From: Gemmatimonadota bacterium
GTDB taxonomy: Bacteria > Gemmatimonadota > Gemmatimonadetes > Gemmatimonadales > GWC2-71-9
Direction of reading: 5' to 3'
Length of the DNA stretch: 64,000 nucleotides
Assembly: GCA_016209985.1 (NCBI GenBank)
Contig: JACQVB010000022.1
Span: 1,664-65,663 of the forward strand
The notes beneath the pieces were generated by a model. It was not told the origin of the DNA and did not search any database. It saw only the letters and a program-made list of their open reading frames with translations. Numbering within the stretch: the first letter of the stretch is position 1; each line of letters starts with the position of its first letter. The position numbers and the translations under genes were made by a program. Positions 28,198 to 36,586 of this stretch are shown here, in pieces.

Positions 28198-28549
28198 TGC
28201 AGAGGAAAATGTGAAATTCGAGCCAGTACTTGAGCTTGCCTGCCCCCCGCAGGAGGTGCAGTCGCTTGCGTACGCTATAGAGGAAAACGCCGGCGATGAT
28301 CAGCGAGGTTCCGATGATGCCGTAGCGGAGACCGAACGTGCCGGCCGGCCGGAACCGGGCGTACATGGGCGAAAACGGCCGCTGATCCAGCGGAAGCAGG
28401 TAATACTCGATGCCCAAGCCGAGACCGAAGCCTGCGAGCGCGAGGCCCAGCGAGATGAGCACGATTCGAAAGATCCGTCCGCTGGCCCTGGGGGAAGGCG
28501 GCTCAACCCCGCTGGGCAACTCGATTGGTGAAGCGGCCGGTGAGGGCAC
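28112..28549 (-). pseudogene. Membrane protein gene, apparently 3'-truncated where it abuts the hsdR remnant
   Basis: Three predicted TM helices end in ..KYWLEFHIFLCSVGPFLVLL (about 28172). The frame then runs into hsdR-derived sequence and stops. Confidence 0.45.
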
Positions 28550-28726
28550 GGACTCCTACGGAGACGGGGACGCGGCAATTTGCACTTGGAGTGCTGTAAC
28601 TTGCGTCACTTTCTACTACGGCCCGAATCTGTTTGTGCCCTCGTAAAGCCAAGTCTAAACACGGGTTAAGAGAACTTCTGGTGGACGATCGTCGCCGCGG
28701 CGCGGCGCCCAAAACCTGCCAGCGGC

Positions 28727-30646
28727 TTGACGGGTCCGACGACACGCCGTTACCCTCAGCGCCCCGTGACTCTCCGACCATCCCAAGCCAATAGCACGCC
28801 GCGGCGCCTCGGCGTGCTGACCCTGGCTGCCATTGGCGTCGTCTATGGTGACATCGGCACTAGTCCGCTTTACGCCATTCGCGAGTGCTTCTTCGGGCCG
28901 CACGCCGTAGCGCCGACTCCGCAAAATGTGCTCGGCGTCCTTTCGCTCATCGTCTGGTCACTGATCATCGTGATCTCGGTCAAGTACCTGGTGTTTGTCA
29001 TGCGGGCGGACAACCGGGGAGAAGGCGGCATCCTCGCCCTGATGGCGCTGGTCGGTCCCGAGCGCCGGATACGCGGCCGCCGGATGCTGGTTACCCTCGG
29101 CCTCTTTGGCGCGGCGCTGCTCTATGGCGACGGAATGCTTACTCCCACCATCTCGGTGCTCAGCGCGGTCGAAGGTCTCAACGTCGCGACCCCGGTGTTT
29201 TCCCGCTACGTCATCCCCATCACGATCGGTATTCTGGTGGCCCTGTTTTCGATCCAGCACCGGGGCACCGGAAAGGTGGGCGCGCTGTTCGGGCCGGTCA
29301 TGGTACTGTGGTTCTTCACCATCGGCATCCTCGGCCTGAAGGAGATTTTTCGCGCTCCCGGGGTCCTGGCTGCCATCGCACCGTGGCACGCCGTGGATTT
29401 CTTCCTGCAGAACCGATGGCACGGCTACGTGGTGCTCGGCGCGGTTTTTCTGGTCGTCACCGGCGGTGAAGCGCTCTATGCCGACATGGGCCACTTCGGG
29501 CCCCGGCCGATTCGCCGCGCCTGGTTTGGTTTGGCACTTCCCGCGCTGCTCCTCAATTACTTCGGGCAGGGCGGGCTGCTCATGAATGCTCCCGATGCCG
29601 CGGTCAACCCGTTCTATCACCTGGCCCCCGACTGGATGCTGTATCCGCTGGTCATTCTTGCGACCAGCGCGGCGGTGATCGCGTCGCAGGCGGTGATATC
29701 CGGGGCGTTCTCGCTCACCAGGCAGGCGGTCCAGCTCGGGTACAGCCCGCGAGTCGAGGTCGACCACACCTCTTCGGAAGAGATCGGCCAGATCTACATC
29801 CCGGGGGTGAACTGGGGACTCATGCTCTCCACCATCGGGCTGGTGCTCGGATTCAAGACGTCCAGCGCCCTGGCCGGCGCTTACGGAGTCGCCGTCGCGA
29901 CCACGATGGTCATTACGACCCTCCTGGCCTATGTGGTGGCGCGGGAGCTGTGGGGTTGGAAATCGTGGATGGCGGCGAGCGTGCTGGGCGGCTTTCTGAT
30001 AGTCGACCTTGCCTTTTTCGGCGCGAACATCCTCAAGGTGTGGCAAGGCGGCTGGTTCCCGTTGGTCGTGGCCCTGGCGATCTACACGCTGATGACCACC
30101 TGGAAAACCGGCCGTCGCATCCTGGCCTCGCGGCTACGGGCCGGCCTGGCGCTCGAGCAATTCCTGGCGGGAGTGGGCCCCAACACGCTTCGGGTGCCCG
30201 GCGTTGCGGTCTTCATGACCCAGGCGCCCGCCGGCACGCCGGTCACCCTGCTCCACAATCTCAAGCACAACAAGGTGCTGCATGAGACCGTCGTGCTGCT
30301 CACCATTCTGGGCGAGGAAGTCCCGCACGTTGCCACTACCGCACGCATGAAGTTCGAGGATCTCGGCAAGGGCTTCTACCGCATTATCGGGCGCTACGGT
30401 TTCATGGAAGACCCGAATGTCCCCGAGCTGCTGGGGCTGGCTCGCCAGTTCGGGCTCGATTGCAAGCCGCTGGAGACCACTTATTTTCTCGGCCGGGAAA
30501 CGCTGATCCCCACCAAGAAGCCGGGCATGGCCATCTGGCGGGAACACATCTTCGCGTTCATGGCCCGGAATGCGCATCGGGCGACGGCGTATTTCCGGAT
30601 CCCCCCGAATCGGGTGGTGGAGCTGGGAGCGCAGGTGGAGCTCTGA
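28727..30646 (+). CDS. kup: KUP-family potassium uptake transporter
   Basis: VYGDIGTSPLY near the N-terminus, ~12 hydrophobic segments and a C-terminal cytoplasmic domain. TTG start uncertain. Confidence 0.9.
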   Translation: MTGPTTRRYPQRPVTLRPSQANSTPRRLGVLTLAAIGVVYGDIGTSPLYAIRECFFGPHAVAPTPQNVLGVLSLIVWSLIIVISVKYLVFVMRADNRGEGGILALMALVGPERRIRGRRMLVTLGLFGAALLYGDGMLTPTISVLSAVEGLNVATPVFSRYVIPITIGILVALFSIQHRGTGKVGALFGPVMVLWFFTIGILGLKEIFRAPGVLAAIAPWHAVDFFLQNRWHGYVVLGAVFLVVTGGEALYADMGHFGPRPIRRAWFGLALPALLLNYFGQGGLLMNAPDAAVNPFYHLAPDWMLYPLVILATSAAVIASQAVISGAFSLTRQAVQLGYSPRVEVDHTSSEEIGQIYIPGVNWGLMLSTIGLVLGFKTSSALAGAYGVAVATTMVITTLLAYVVARELWGWKSWMAASVLGGFLIVDLAFFGANILKVWQGGWFPLVVALAIYTLMTTWKTGRRILASRLRAGLALEQFLAGVGPNTLRVPGVAVFMTQAPAGTPVTLLHNLKHNKVLHETVVLLTILGEEVPHVATTARMKFEDLGKGFYRIIGRYGFMEDPNVPELLGLARQFGLDCKPLETTYFLGRETLIPTKKPGMAIWREHIFAFMARNAHRATAYFRIPPNRVVELGAQVEL

Positions 30647-30725
30647 GGGTCCAAACGGATGTAAGAGTTAGAAGGGATGTAAGGGTTTTCGAACCCTTCT
30701 GACCCTTACAACCCTTCCAACCCTC
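30645..30725. repeat. Unit-repeat hairpin (GTAAGGG/GAAGGG units) between convergent genes
   Basis: gagggtccaaacggatgtaagagttagaagggatgtaagggtt-ttc-gaacccttctgacccttacaacccttccaaccctc. It spans exactly stop to stop. Confidence 0.7.
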
Positions 30726-32064
30726 AGCCCATTACTCCCAACCACCTTTTCCGATCCAGCTCGTATCCCGGAAACACCGCCGACAAGTCTGCCGCCCCGA
30801 GGTGGCGGGTCAACACTTCGCCGAATAGATCGCGGAAATCGGTCGTCACGGCGAGATCGCGGCCTTCGAATCGTTTGGCGGGATCCAGGGTCGGCCAGCG
30901 TCCGAGTACTTTCCCGCCCCTGGTCCCGCCGCCCAGGACCATCATCGAGGTCGCGTGGCCATGATCGGTTCCCCCGTTTCCGTTTTCGGCCACGGTCCGG
31001 CCGAACTCGCTCATGGTGAGCACCACCACGTCGGCCATGCGCTCACCGAGGTCCTGGGCGAAGGCAGCGAGTGAGAGCCCAAAGTCTCTCAGGCGTCCGG
31101 CGAGCTGGCCATCGCTCGCGCCCTGGTTCACGTGCGTGTCCCATCCGCCCACGTCGGCAAACGCGATCTCGGTGCCGAGATCGGCCTTGATGAGCTGGGC
31201 GATCTGCCGCATCGCGTTGCCCAGCGGACTCCGGGGATACTCCGCGCCGTTGCCCGGCTGGTACCGGGCCGGATTCGCGGTCTTCAGCATCTTCACGGCT
31301 TCGAAGCCCTCTTCCGAAGAAGTCGCCACCAGCCCGGTGGCCGAGCCCTGATACAGTTCCTCGAAAGCCGCGGTGAGCCGGTCTCTTATGGCGGCACGCT
31401 GTGTCTCCGTCGGCATTGCTGACGCGGATTCTGCCGACGGCCGACGGCCGATGGCCGCTCGCGAGGGAGCCAACCCGAACGTCTCGAGATTCTCCACCGC
31501 AAGCGCCGGCGCCGATCCACGCAACGCGCGCGGAAGCTGCGGGCCGATGGCCACGCCGCGAAAAGGGGTGTCGGCATGGTCCTGGGCATGTCGCAGAGCG
31601 CGGTTCAACCAGCCGTCTCCGGTGGACCTCACGCCGGGCGTGCCGGTTTCCATGTAGTCCTGGGCGTCGAAGTGACTGCGGGTCGAGTCGGGCGACCCGA
31701 CCGCATGCACCACCGCGAGCGAGCCGTTCCGATACAGCGGAGCCAGGGGACTGAGGGCAGGGTGCAGCCCGAAATGACGGTCGAGGTCCACCGCTCCGCC
31801 GGTGACTCCCGGGCGCGGAATGGCGATGCGTGGTCGCTCCCGGTAGTAGAGGGGATCACCGTGCGGCACGATCATGTTGAGCCCATCCACCGCGCCGCGC
31901 TGGAAGATGCAGACCAGGGTTTTCTTTCGGCCCGCCGGCCCGCCCGCCCGATTGACCGCGTAGGCGGCCCGGGTCAGGAAAATCGGGTCCAACCCGAGGC
32001 TGACGAGCGCGAGCGCACCCGACTTTACGAAAACCCGGCGATCGATGTTGCCATTACATCTCAT
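30724..32064 (-). CDS. DUF1501 (sulfatase-like) protein with Tat-type signal
   Basis: Preferred start MRCNGNIDRRVFVKSGALAL (twin-arginine). Contains GGWDTH and MSEFGRT-type motifs. Confidence 0.85.
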   Translation of the reverse strand: MRCNGNIDRRVFVKSGALALVSLGLDPIFLTRAAYAVNRAGGPAGRKKTLVCIFQRGAVDGLNMIVPHGDPLYYRERPRIAIPRPGVTGGAVDLDRHFGLHPALSPLAPLYRNGSLAVVHAVGSPDSTRSHFDAQDYMETGTPGVRSTGDGWLNRALRHAQDHADTPFRGVAIGPQLPRALRGSAPALAVENLETFGLAPSRAAIGRRPSAESASAMPTETQRAAIRDRLTAAFEELYQGSATGLVATSSEEGFEAVKMLKTANPARYQPGNGAEYPRSPLGNAMRQIAQLIKADLGTEIAFADVGGWDTHVNQGASDGQLAGRLRDFGLSLAAFAQDLGERMADVVVLTMSEFGRTVAENGNGGTDHGHATSMMVLGGGTRGGKVLGRWPTLDPAKRFEGRDLAVTTDFRDLFGEVLTRHLGAADLSAVFPGYELDRKRWLGVMG

Positions 32065-32080
32065 GCTACGCTCCCAGTCT

Positions 32081-32132
32081 AGTAAGAAGTGAGCAGTAAG
32101 AAGTTTGTCCTTCTCACTTCTCACTTCTTACT
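32081..32132. repeat. Unit-repeat hairpin (GTAAGAA/GTGAGAA units) between the DUF1800 and DUF1501 genes
   Basis: agtaagaagtgagcagtaagaag-N6-cttctcacttctcacttcttact. 21 of 23 positions are complementary. Confidence 0.75.
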
Positions 32133-33822
32133 GCTTCTGGAATTCCGGACTCCCCAATGCCAATCCCACGATCATCGCCCGCTTCATGTCCGCGGAAGGA
32201 ATATCCATCGTCTGATCGCGCATCGTCTTGATGGTATTGGGTGAAGCGGTGCCACTCAGGACCTTGCCGTTCACCGAGACGATCATCGACTCGACGTCGT
32301 CGGTCGCCGGAATGATGCCATCGAGCTTCGTGACCGCGCCCGGCAACTTTCCGGATGCGAGGCCCAACGCCACGTTCATCCGCTGCAGCAGCGCGCCGGC
32401 ATTGACCCATGACTCCTGGGTTTCCGGGTAACCGGTCGGCGGCTGTTGGCCAAAGAGCGGCTGCCCGAGCCGGGCTACCACCTGCGCCAGCGCGAGCGTG
32501 GAGTCGGGCTCCGCGCCTACCGCTCGTACCGCACTTACGACGAACTCGAGCGGCGTTTTGATCTTGGCATTCCGATTCCGGGGCTCCCAGAACTCCGGTG
32601 CCGTCACGATGGCCCGCACCACTTGGCGAATGTCGCCGCCGGAGCGTTGCCATGCGTGCACTCCGGCGTCGATGCAGCCGTCCGGCGGATCGTCATTCAC
32701 GAAACGGGCGCAGAGCTTGGCGCTGAGGTGGCGCATGGTCGCCGGCTGGCGGGCCAGCAGCTTCAGCGCCTCGATACCTTCGTCCTGTCCCTGGCCCGCA
32801 GGGAAGGTTCGTCCCAGAAAGATCTTCTCGCCGCGGTCGTGAGCCCAGTCGTTGAACACGAAGCCGGGACTCTGGCGCGGCCGCGCGATGCTCCAGCCGG
32901 TCAGAATACGGGCCAGGTTCTCCACGTCCTGCTGGGTGTAGCCGCCATCGACGCCCAGCGTGTGCAGCTCCATTACTTCGCGCGCGTAGTTCTCATTGAT
33001 GCCCTTGGGCATGCGCGATTCGATCTGATTGGCGATCGAATCCATGCGCTCGGGGGACAGACGGCGGGGGCCCCGCAACCCGAACCGTCCCGCCCCGCGG
33101 GCGCGCGCGGCGTTCAGCCGGTCCAGCTGGGGCGGCCGCGAGCCGGGCGCCACCGACTGCGCGTTGTCGAGGTAGAAGAGCATCGCGGGGCTCTGGGCGG
33201 TTGCGAGCAGGAGATCCTCGAGCTTCCCGAGCGCGCGCGGCCGGATCGTCTCCTCGATGTAGCCGGGGAGCAGGAACCGGTCGGCGCCTTTCCCGATGAA
33301 GACGTTGAAGTGATTGGTCCAGAAGTCCACCATCACTTCGTAGAGCTGTCTCTCCGACGTCACGTCGCGAACCATGGTGACTTGCTGGTATTGCCCCAGC
33401 AGCCGGCGCACCGGATTGTTCGTTTCACCCGTGAATGAGTCCCGCATCATGCGGCGCTCGGAGCTGTCGGCAGCCATCGCCTGCTGGCGTTGCTGCCGCT
33501 CGCGCAGTTGCTCGCCGAACAACCGCGCCAGCTCCGCCGGCGAGGTGCGGAGAATTTCGTAAGACTCCAGACGCCGTTTCAGCGAGCGATCGGCGAGGCG
33601 CTCGGGATGCAGTTGCTCATCGAGGAACCGGTCGACTCCCATCGCGGCCACACGGTTCACGTCGCCGGGACGCGGCCCGAACGTGAGGCGATTGAGCGCG
33701 TGGAGCGCCCGCGCCCGTTCAACCGAATCGGCGACCAATTGTCCCCGCTCATGAACCGCTGCGCGGGGAGCCCCCGCAATCGTGACCGCGAGTAATACTG
33801 CGAGCGTCGCTTTCTGTGTCAT
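32128..33822 (-). CDS. DUF1800 family protein
   Basis: HALNRLTFGPRPGD...FLDEQLHPE is the N-terminal pattern typical of DUF1800. The gene is paired with DUF1501, as is usual. Confidence 0.85.
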   Translation of the reverse strand: MTQKATLAVLLAVTIAGAPRAAVHERGQLVADSVERARALHALNRLTFGPRPGDVNRVAAMGVDRFLDEQLHPERLADRSLKRRLESYEILRTSPAELARLFGEQLRERQQRQQAMAADSSERRMMRDSFTGETNNPVRRLLGQYQQVTMVRDVTSERQLYEVMVDFWTNHFNVFIGKGADRFLLPGYIEETIRPRALGKLEDLLLATAQSPAMLFYLDNAQSVAPGSRPPQLDRLNAARARGAGRFGLRGPRRLSPERMDSIANQIESRMPKGINENYAREVMELHTLGVDGGYTQQDVENLARILTGWSIARPRQSPGFVFNDWAHDRGEKIFLGRTFPAGQGQDEGIEALKLLARQPATMRHLSAKLCARFVNDDPPDGCIDAGVHAWQRSGGDIRQVVRAIVTAPEFWEPRNRNAKIKTPLEFVVSAVRAVGAEPDSTLALAQVVARLGQPLFGQQPPTGYPETQESWVNAGALLQRMNVALGLASGKLPGAVTKLDGIIPATDDVESMIVSVNGKVLSGTASPNTIKTMRDQTMDIPSADMKRAMIVGLALGSPEFQKQ

Positions 33823-33825
33823 AGT

Positions 33826-33897
33826 CCCGTTCTGCCGTTCTGCCGTTCTGCCGTCATGCCATTATGCCGTTGTGCCGTTGTGCCGTTGTGCCGTTGA
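33826..33897. repeat. Tandem octamer array GCCGTYRT (~9 units), no inverted partner
   Basis: gccgttct x3, gccgtcat, gccattat, gccgttgt x3, gccgttga. It lies in a divergent intergenic region. Confidence 0.8.
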
Positions 33898-33955
33898 CCA
33901 CCACTGCAACCCCTGAGAACAGACGCCTCGTCCGCGCCACTGTTAAGTTGGATTC

Positions 33956-35851
33956 ATGACCACTCCGTTTTTCCCGCACGGCATCCCTCGTTTTTCCCGC
34001 AGTCCACGATCACCCGAGCGGCAGCCCACCTGGGGCGAACGGCTGCAGGCGCTCAAATATGTGGGACCGCTGCTGCGGATGGTGTACGACACCCATCCTG
34101 GTTACACCGTAGCCATCATCGTTCTCCGCGTCACTCGCGGTGTCGTGCCGGTCGCGGTGCTCTGGGTCGGCAAGCTCATCATCGATGCCGTCATCGCGGG
34201 CGTCCAGGCGGCCTCTCGCGCCCAGCCGGTGGCCTGGACGGCACTCTGGGAGCTGGTGGGCCTCGAGCTGCTGATCGCCGTGGTAGGGGAAGGCCTGGCG
34301 CGGCTGTCGGCCCTGCTGGAGAGCCTGCTGGGGGATCTCTTTTCCAACCGCATGTCGATCCGGCTGCTGCAGCACGCCGCGACGCTCGATCTCTCGCAAT
34401 TCGAGGACCCGGACACCTACGATCACCTGGAGCGGGCCCGCCGGCAGACGGTGGGCCGGATCGGCTTGCTCGCGCTCATTCTGACCACGGCGCAGGATCT
34501 GATCACCCTCGCCTCCTTGTTTGCGGCGCTGGTGGTCTACGTCCCCTGGCTCCTGATCCTGCTCGCCATTTCGGTGGTCCCGTCCTTTCTCGGCGAGACC
34601 CACTTCGCCTCCCTGGGCTATTCGCTGTTGTTCCGCTGGACGCCCGAGCGGCGCCAGCTGGACTACCTGCGCTGGGTCGGCGCCACCGACACCACGGTCA
34701 AGGAAATCAAGCTCTTCGGCCTGGCACCGTTCCTCTCCGAGCGCTACCGCCGTCTCGCGGACAAGTTCTACCAGGAGAACAAGAAGCTTTCGATCCGGCG
34801 CGCCAGCATCTCGACCCTCCTCGCGCTGGTGGGGTCGATCGGCTACTACGCCGCCTACGGCGTCATCGTTTATCTCACCGTCATCGGGTACCGCTCCGCC
34901 GCCGGGGTGTTCACCATCGGCGTGCTCACGTTTCTCGCCGGGTCCTTTCGACAAAGCCGTGACCTGATCCAGCGGATCCTGCTGTCGCTCTCGCAGGTCT
35001 ACGAGCAGGCGCTCTACCTCAGTGATCTGTTCGTGTTCTTCGATCTCCGTCCCCGGATCGCGTCCCAACCCGGTGCACTTGGTGTCCCCCGGCCCATCCA
35101 TCAGGGGTTCGTGTTCGAGGACGTGGGCTTCCGATATCCCCAGTCGGGGGAGTTCGCCGTCCGGCACCTCGGTTTTTCGCTCCAGCCGGACGAATCGGTC
35201 GCCCTGGTAGGTGAGAACGGCGCGGGGAAGACGACCCTGGTCAAGCTCCTGGCCCGGCTCTACGACCCGGACGAGGGGCGGATCCTGCTCGATGGCGTCG
35301 ATCTCCGCGACTACGATGTGGACAGCCTGCGCGCCAACATCGGGGTCATCTTCCAGGACTTCGTGCGCTACGACCTCATCCTGCGCGAGAACATCGGCGT
35401 CGGCCAGATCGAGCACCTGGAGGAGCAGGCGCGCATCGCGCAGGCGGCCGAGCGGAGCCTGGCCGACAGCGTCGCCCGGAGGCTCAAGGGCGGATTCGAC
35501 CAGCAGCTCGGGCGCCGCTTCGACGGCGGGGTGGAGCTCTCCGGGGGCGAATGGCAAAAGGTGGCCCTCGCGCGCGCCTATCTCCGCGACGCCCAGGTGC
35601 TCATTCTCGACGAACCGACCGCGGCGCTGGACGCCCGGGCGGAATACGAAGTTTTTCTGAGATTCACCGAGCTGACCCGCGACCGCATCGCCGTGCTCAT
35701 TTCGCACCGCTTCTCGACGGTGCGCATGGCGGACCGCATCCTGGTGCTCCAAAAGGGGCGCTTGATCGAGCAGGGGACGCACGAGGAGCTGCTGGATCAG
35801 GCAGGTTTGTATGCAGAACTCTTCAATCTCCAGGCGGCGGGGTATCGGTGA
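33956..35851 (+). CDS. ABC transporter, fused permease/ATPase (exporter type)
   Basis: N-terminal six-TM region, Walker A GENGAGKTT, signature LSGGEWQK, Walker B ILILDEPT. Confidence 0.9.
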   Translation: MTTPFFPHGIPRFSRSPRSPERQPTWGERLQALKYVGPLLRMVYDTHPGYTVAIIVLRVTRGVVPVAVLWVGKLIIDAVIAGVQAASRAQPVAWTALWELVGLELLIAVVGEGLARLSALLESLLGDLFSNRMSIRLLQHAATLDLSQFEDPDTYDHLERARRQTVGRIGLLALILTTAQDLITLASLFAALVVYVPWLLILLAISVVPSFLGETHFASLGYSLLFRWTPERRQLDYLRWVGATDTTVKEIKLFGLAPFLSERYRRLADKFYQENKKLSIRRASISTLLALVGSIGYYAAYGVIVYLTVIGYRSAAGVFTIGVLTFLAGSFRQSRDLIQRILLSLSQVYEQALYLSDLFVFFDLRPRIASQPGALGVPRPIHQGFVFEDVGFRYPQSGEFAVRHLGFSLQPDESVALVGENGAGKTTLVKLLARLYDPDEGRILLDGVDLRDYDVDSLRANIGVIFQDFVRYDLILRENIGVGQIEHLEEQARIAQAAERSLADSVARRLKGGFDQQLGRRFDGGVELSGGEWQKVALARAYLRDAQVLILDEPTAALDARAEYEVFLRFTELTRDRIAVLISHRFSTVRMADRILVLQKGRLIEQGTHEELLDQAGLYAELFNLQAAGYR

Positions 35852-35940
35852 ATGGCGCTTGCGGCGCCGGTGTTCCGGTCGTAGCGTAGTCACGAAGAGT
35901 GGACCCCGCTTCCCGTGATCGCCGCCGACTGGGAGGTTTG

Positions 35941-36423
35941 ATGCGCCCGTTTATCGCGCTGGTTCCAATCGCCATGCTGGCGCTCGCCTGCGACCGCCAG
36001 ACCACCGCCCCGGCAGATGAAACGAGTCTCGCGGCTACGTTGTCGGCCGAGGCGGTGACGGCCATGAGCGCCACCGATGGCGGGCCGGTGAGTCTCCTGC
36101 GCCGCCTGGTGCAGGGAGTACGCGAGAGCGACAATGCCCGGGCCAAGGCTTTGATCGATGGCGGCCAGATGCTCCAGGGCATCGTGCTCGTCTTCCCTAA
36201 CGCCGCCACCCGCATCTCCAACATCGTACGGTCCGGTCTGGATCACACCCGGGCGAGCCTCGGTTCGCGCGACGCACCTAGAATCCGAAATGTGCTGGAT
36301 GAGATTGCCGGACTGCTGCGCCAATCGGCCGCGGCTCAGGACGTCGGTCGGCTGGCCGCCGCCCTCGACTTCGCCCTTCAGGCCGACGCCAGGCTGGAGC
36401 GACTGCAGGACTACCTCCGCTAG
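35941..36423 (+). CDS. Hypothetical secreted/lipoprotein
   Basis: MRPFIALVPIAMLALAC signal with a Cys, then a helical Ala-rich body. Confidence 0.5.
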   Translation: MRPFIALVPIAMLALACDRQTTAPADETSLAATLSAEAVTAMSATDGGPVSLLRRLVQGVRESDNARAKALIDGGQMLQGIVLVFPNAATRISNIVRSGLDHTRASLGSRDAPRIRNVLDEIAGLLRQSAAAQDVGRLAAALDFALQADARLERLQDYLR

Positions 36424-36460
36424 CTCAACCCTCTCCTCTCTCGCGAAGCAGGCGGAATAA

Positions 36461-36522
36461 GGAGTTCGGGGTTCGGAGTTCGGGCTGAGGGCGCGAACCC
36501 CCAACCCCGAAATCCTCACTCC
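36461..36522. repeat. Unit-repeat hairpin (GTTCGGG/GTTCGGA units)
   Basis: ggagttcggggttcggagttcggg ... cgaacccccaaccccgaaatcctcactcc. Confidence 0.6.
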
Positions 36523-36586
36523 TGCCGTTTGACACCGCCTGCACCTCCGGTCATGTTGTGAAATACCAACCGCAGGAGGTGCCCGT

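Noticed and set aside
19493-28549. Calling the accessory region a mobile genetic element or prophage.
   Set aside because: No integrase, transposase, recombinase, phage structural gene, flanking tRNA or clean terminal repeats were found. Only degenerate 85-bp repeats occur around the hipA-like cassette, so the region is described as a decayed island instead.
33826-33897. Possible CRISPR array (regular short repeats), here and at the other unit-repeat loci.
   Set aside because: Units are only 7-8 nt, directly abutting with no spacers. The arrays are under 120 bp, and no cas genes are present in the window.
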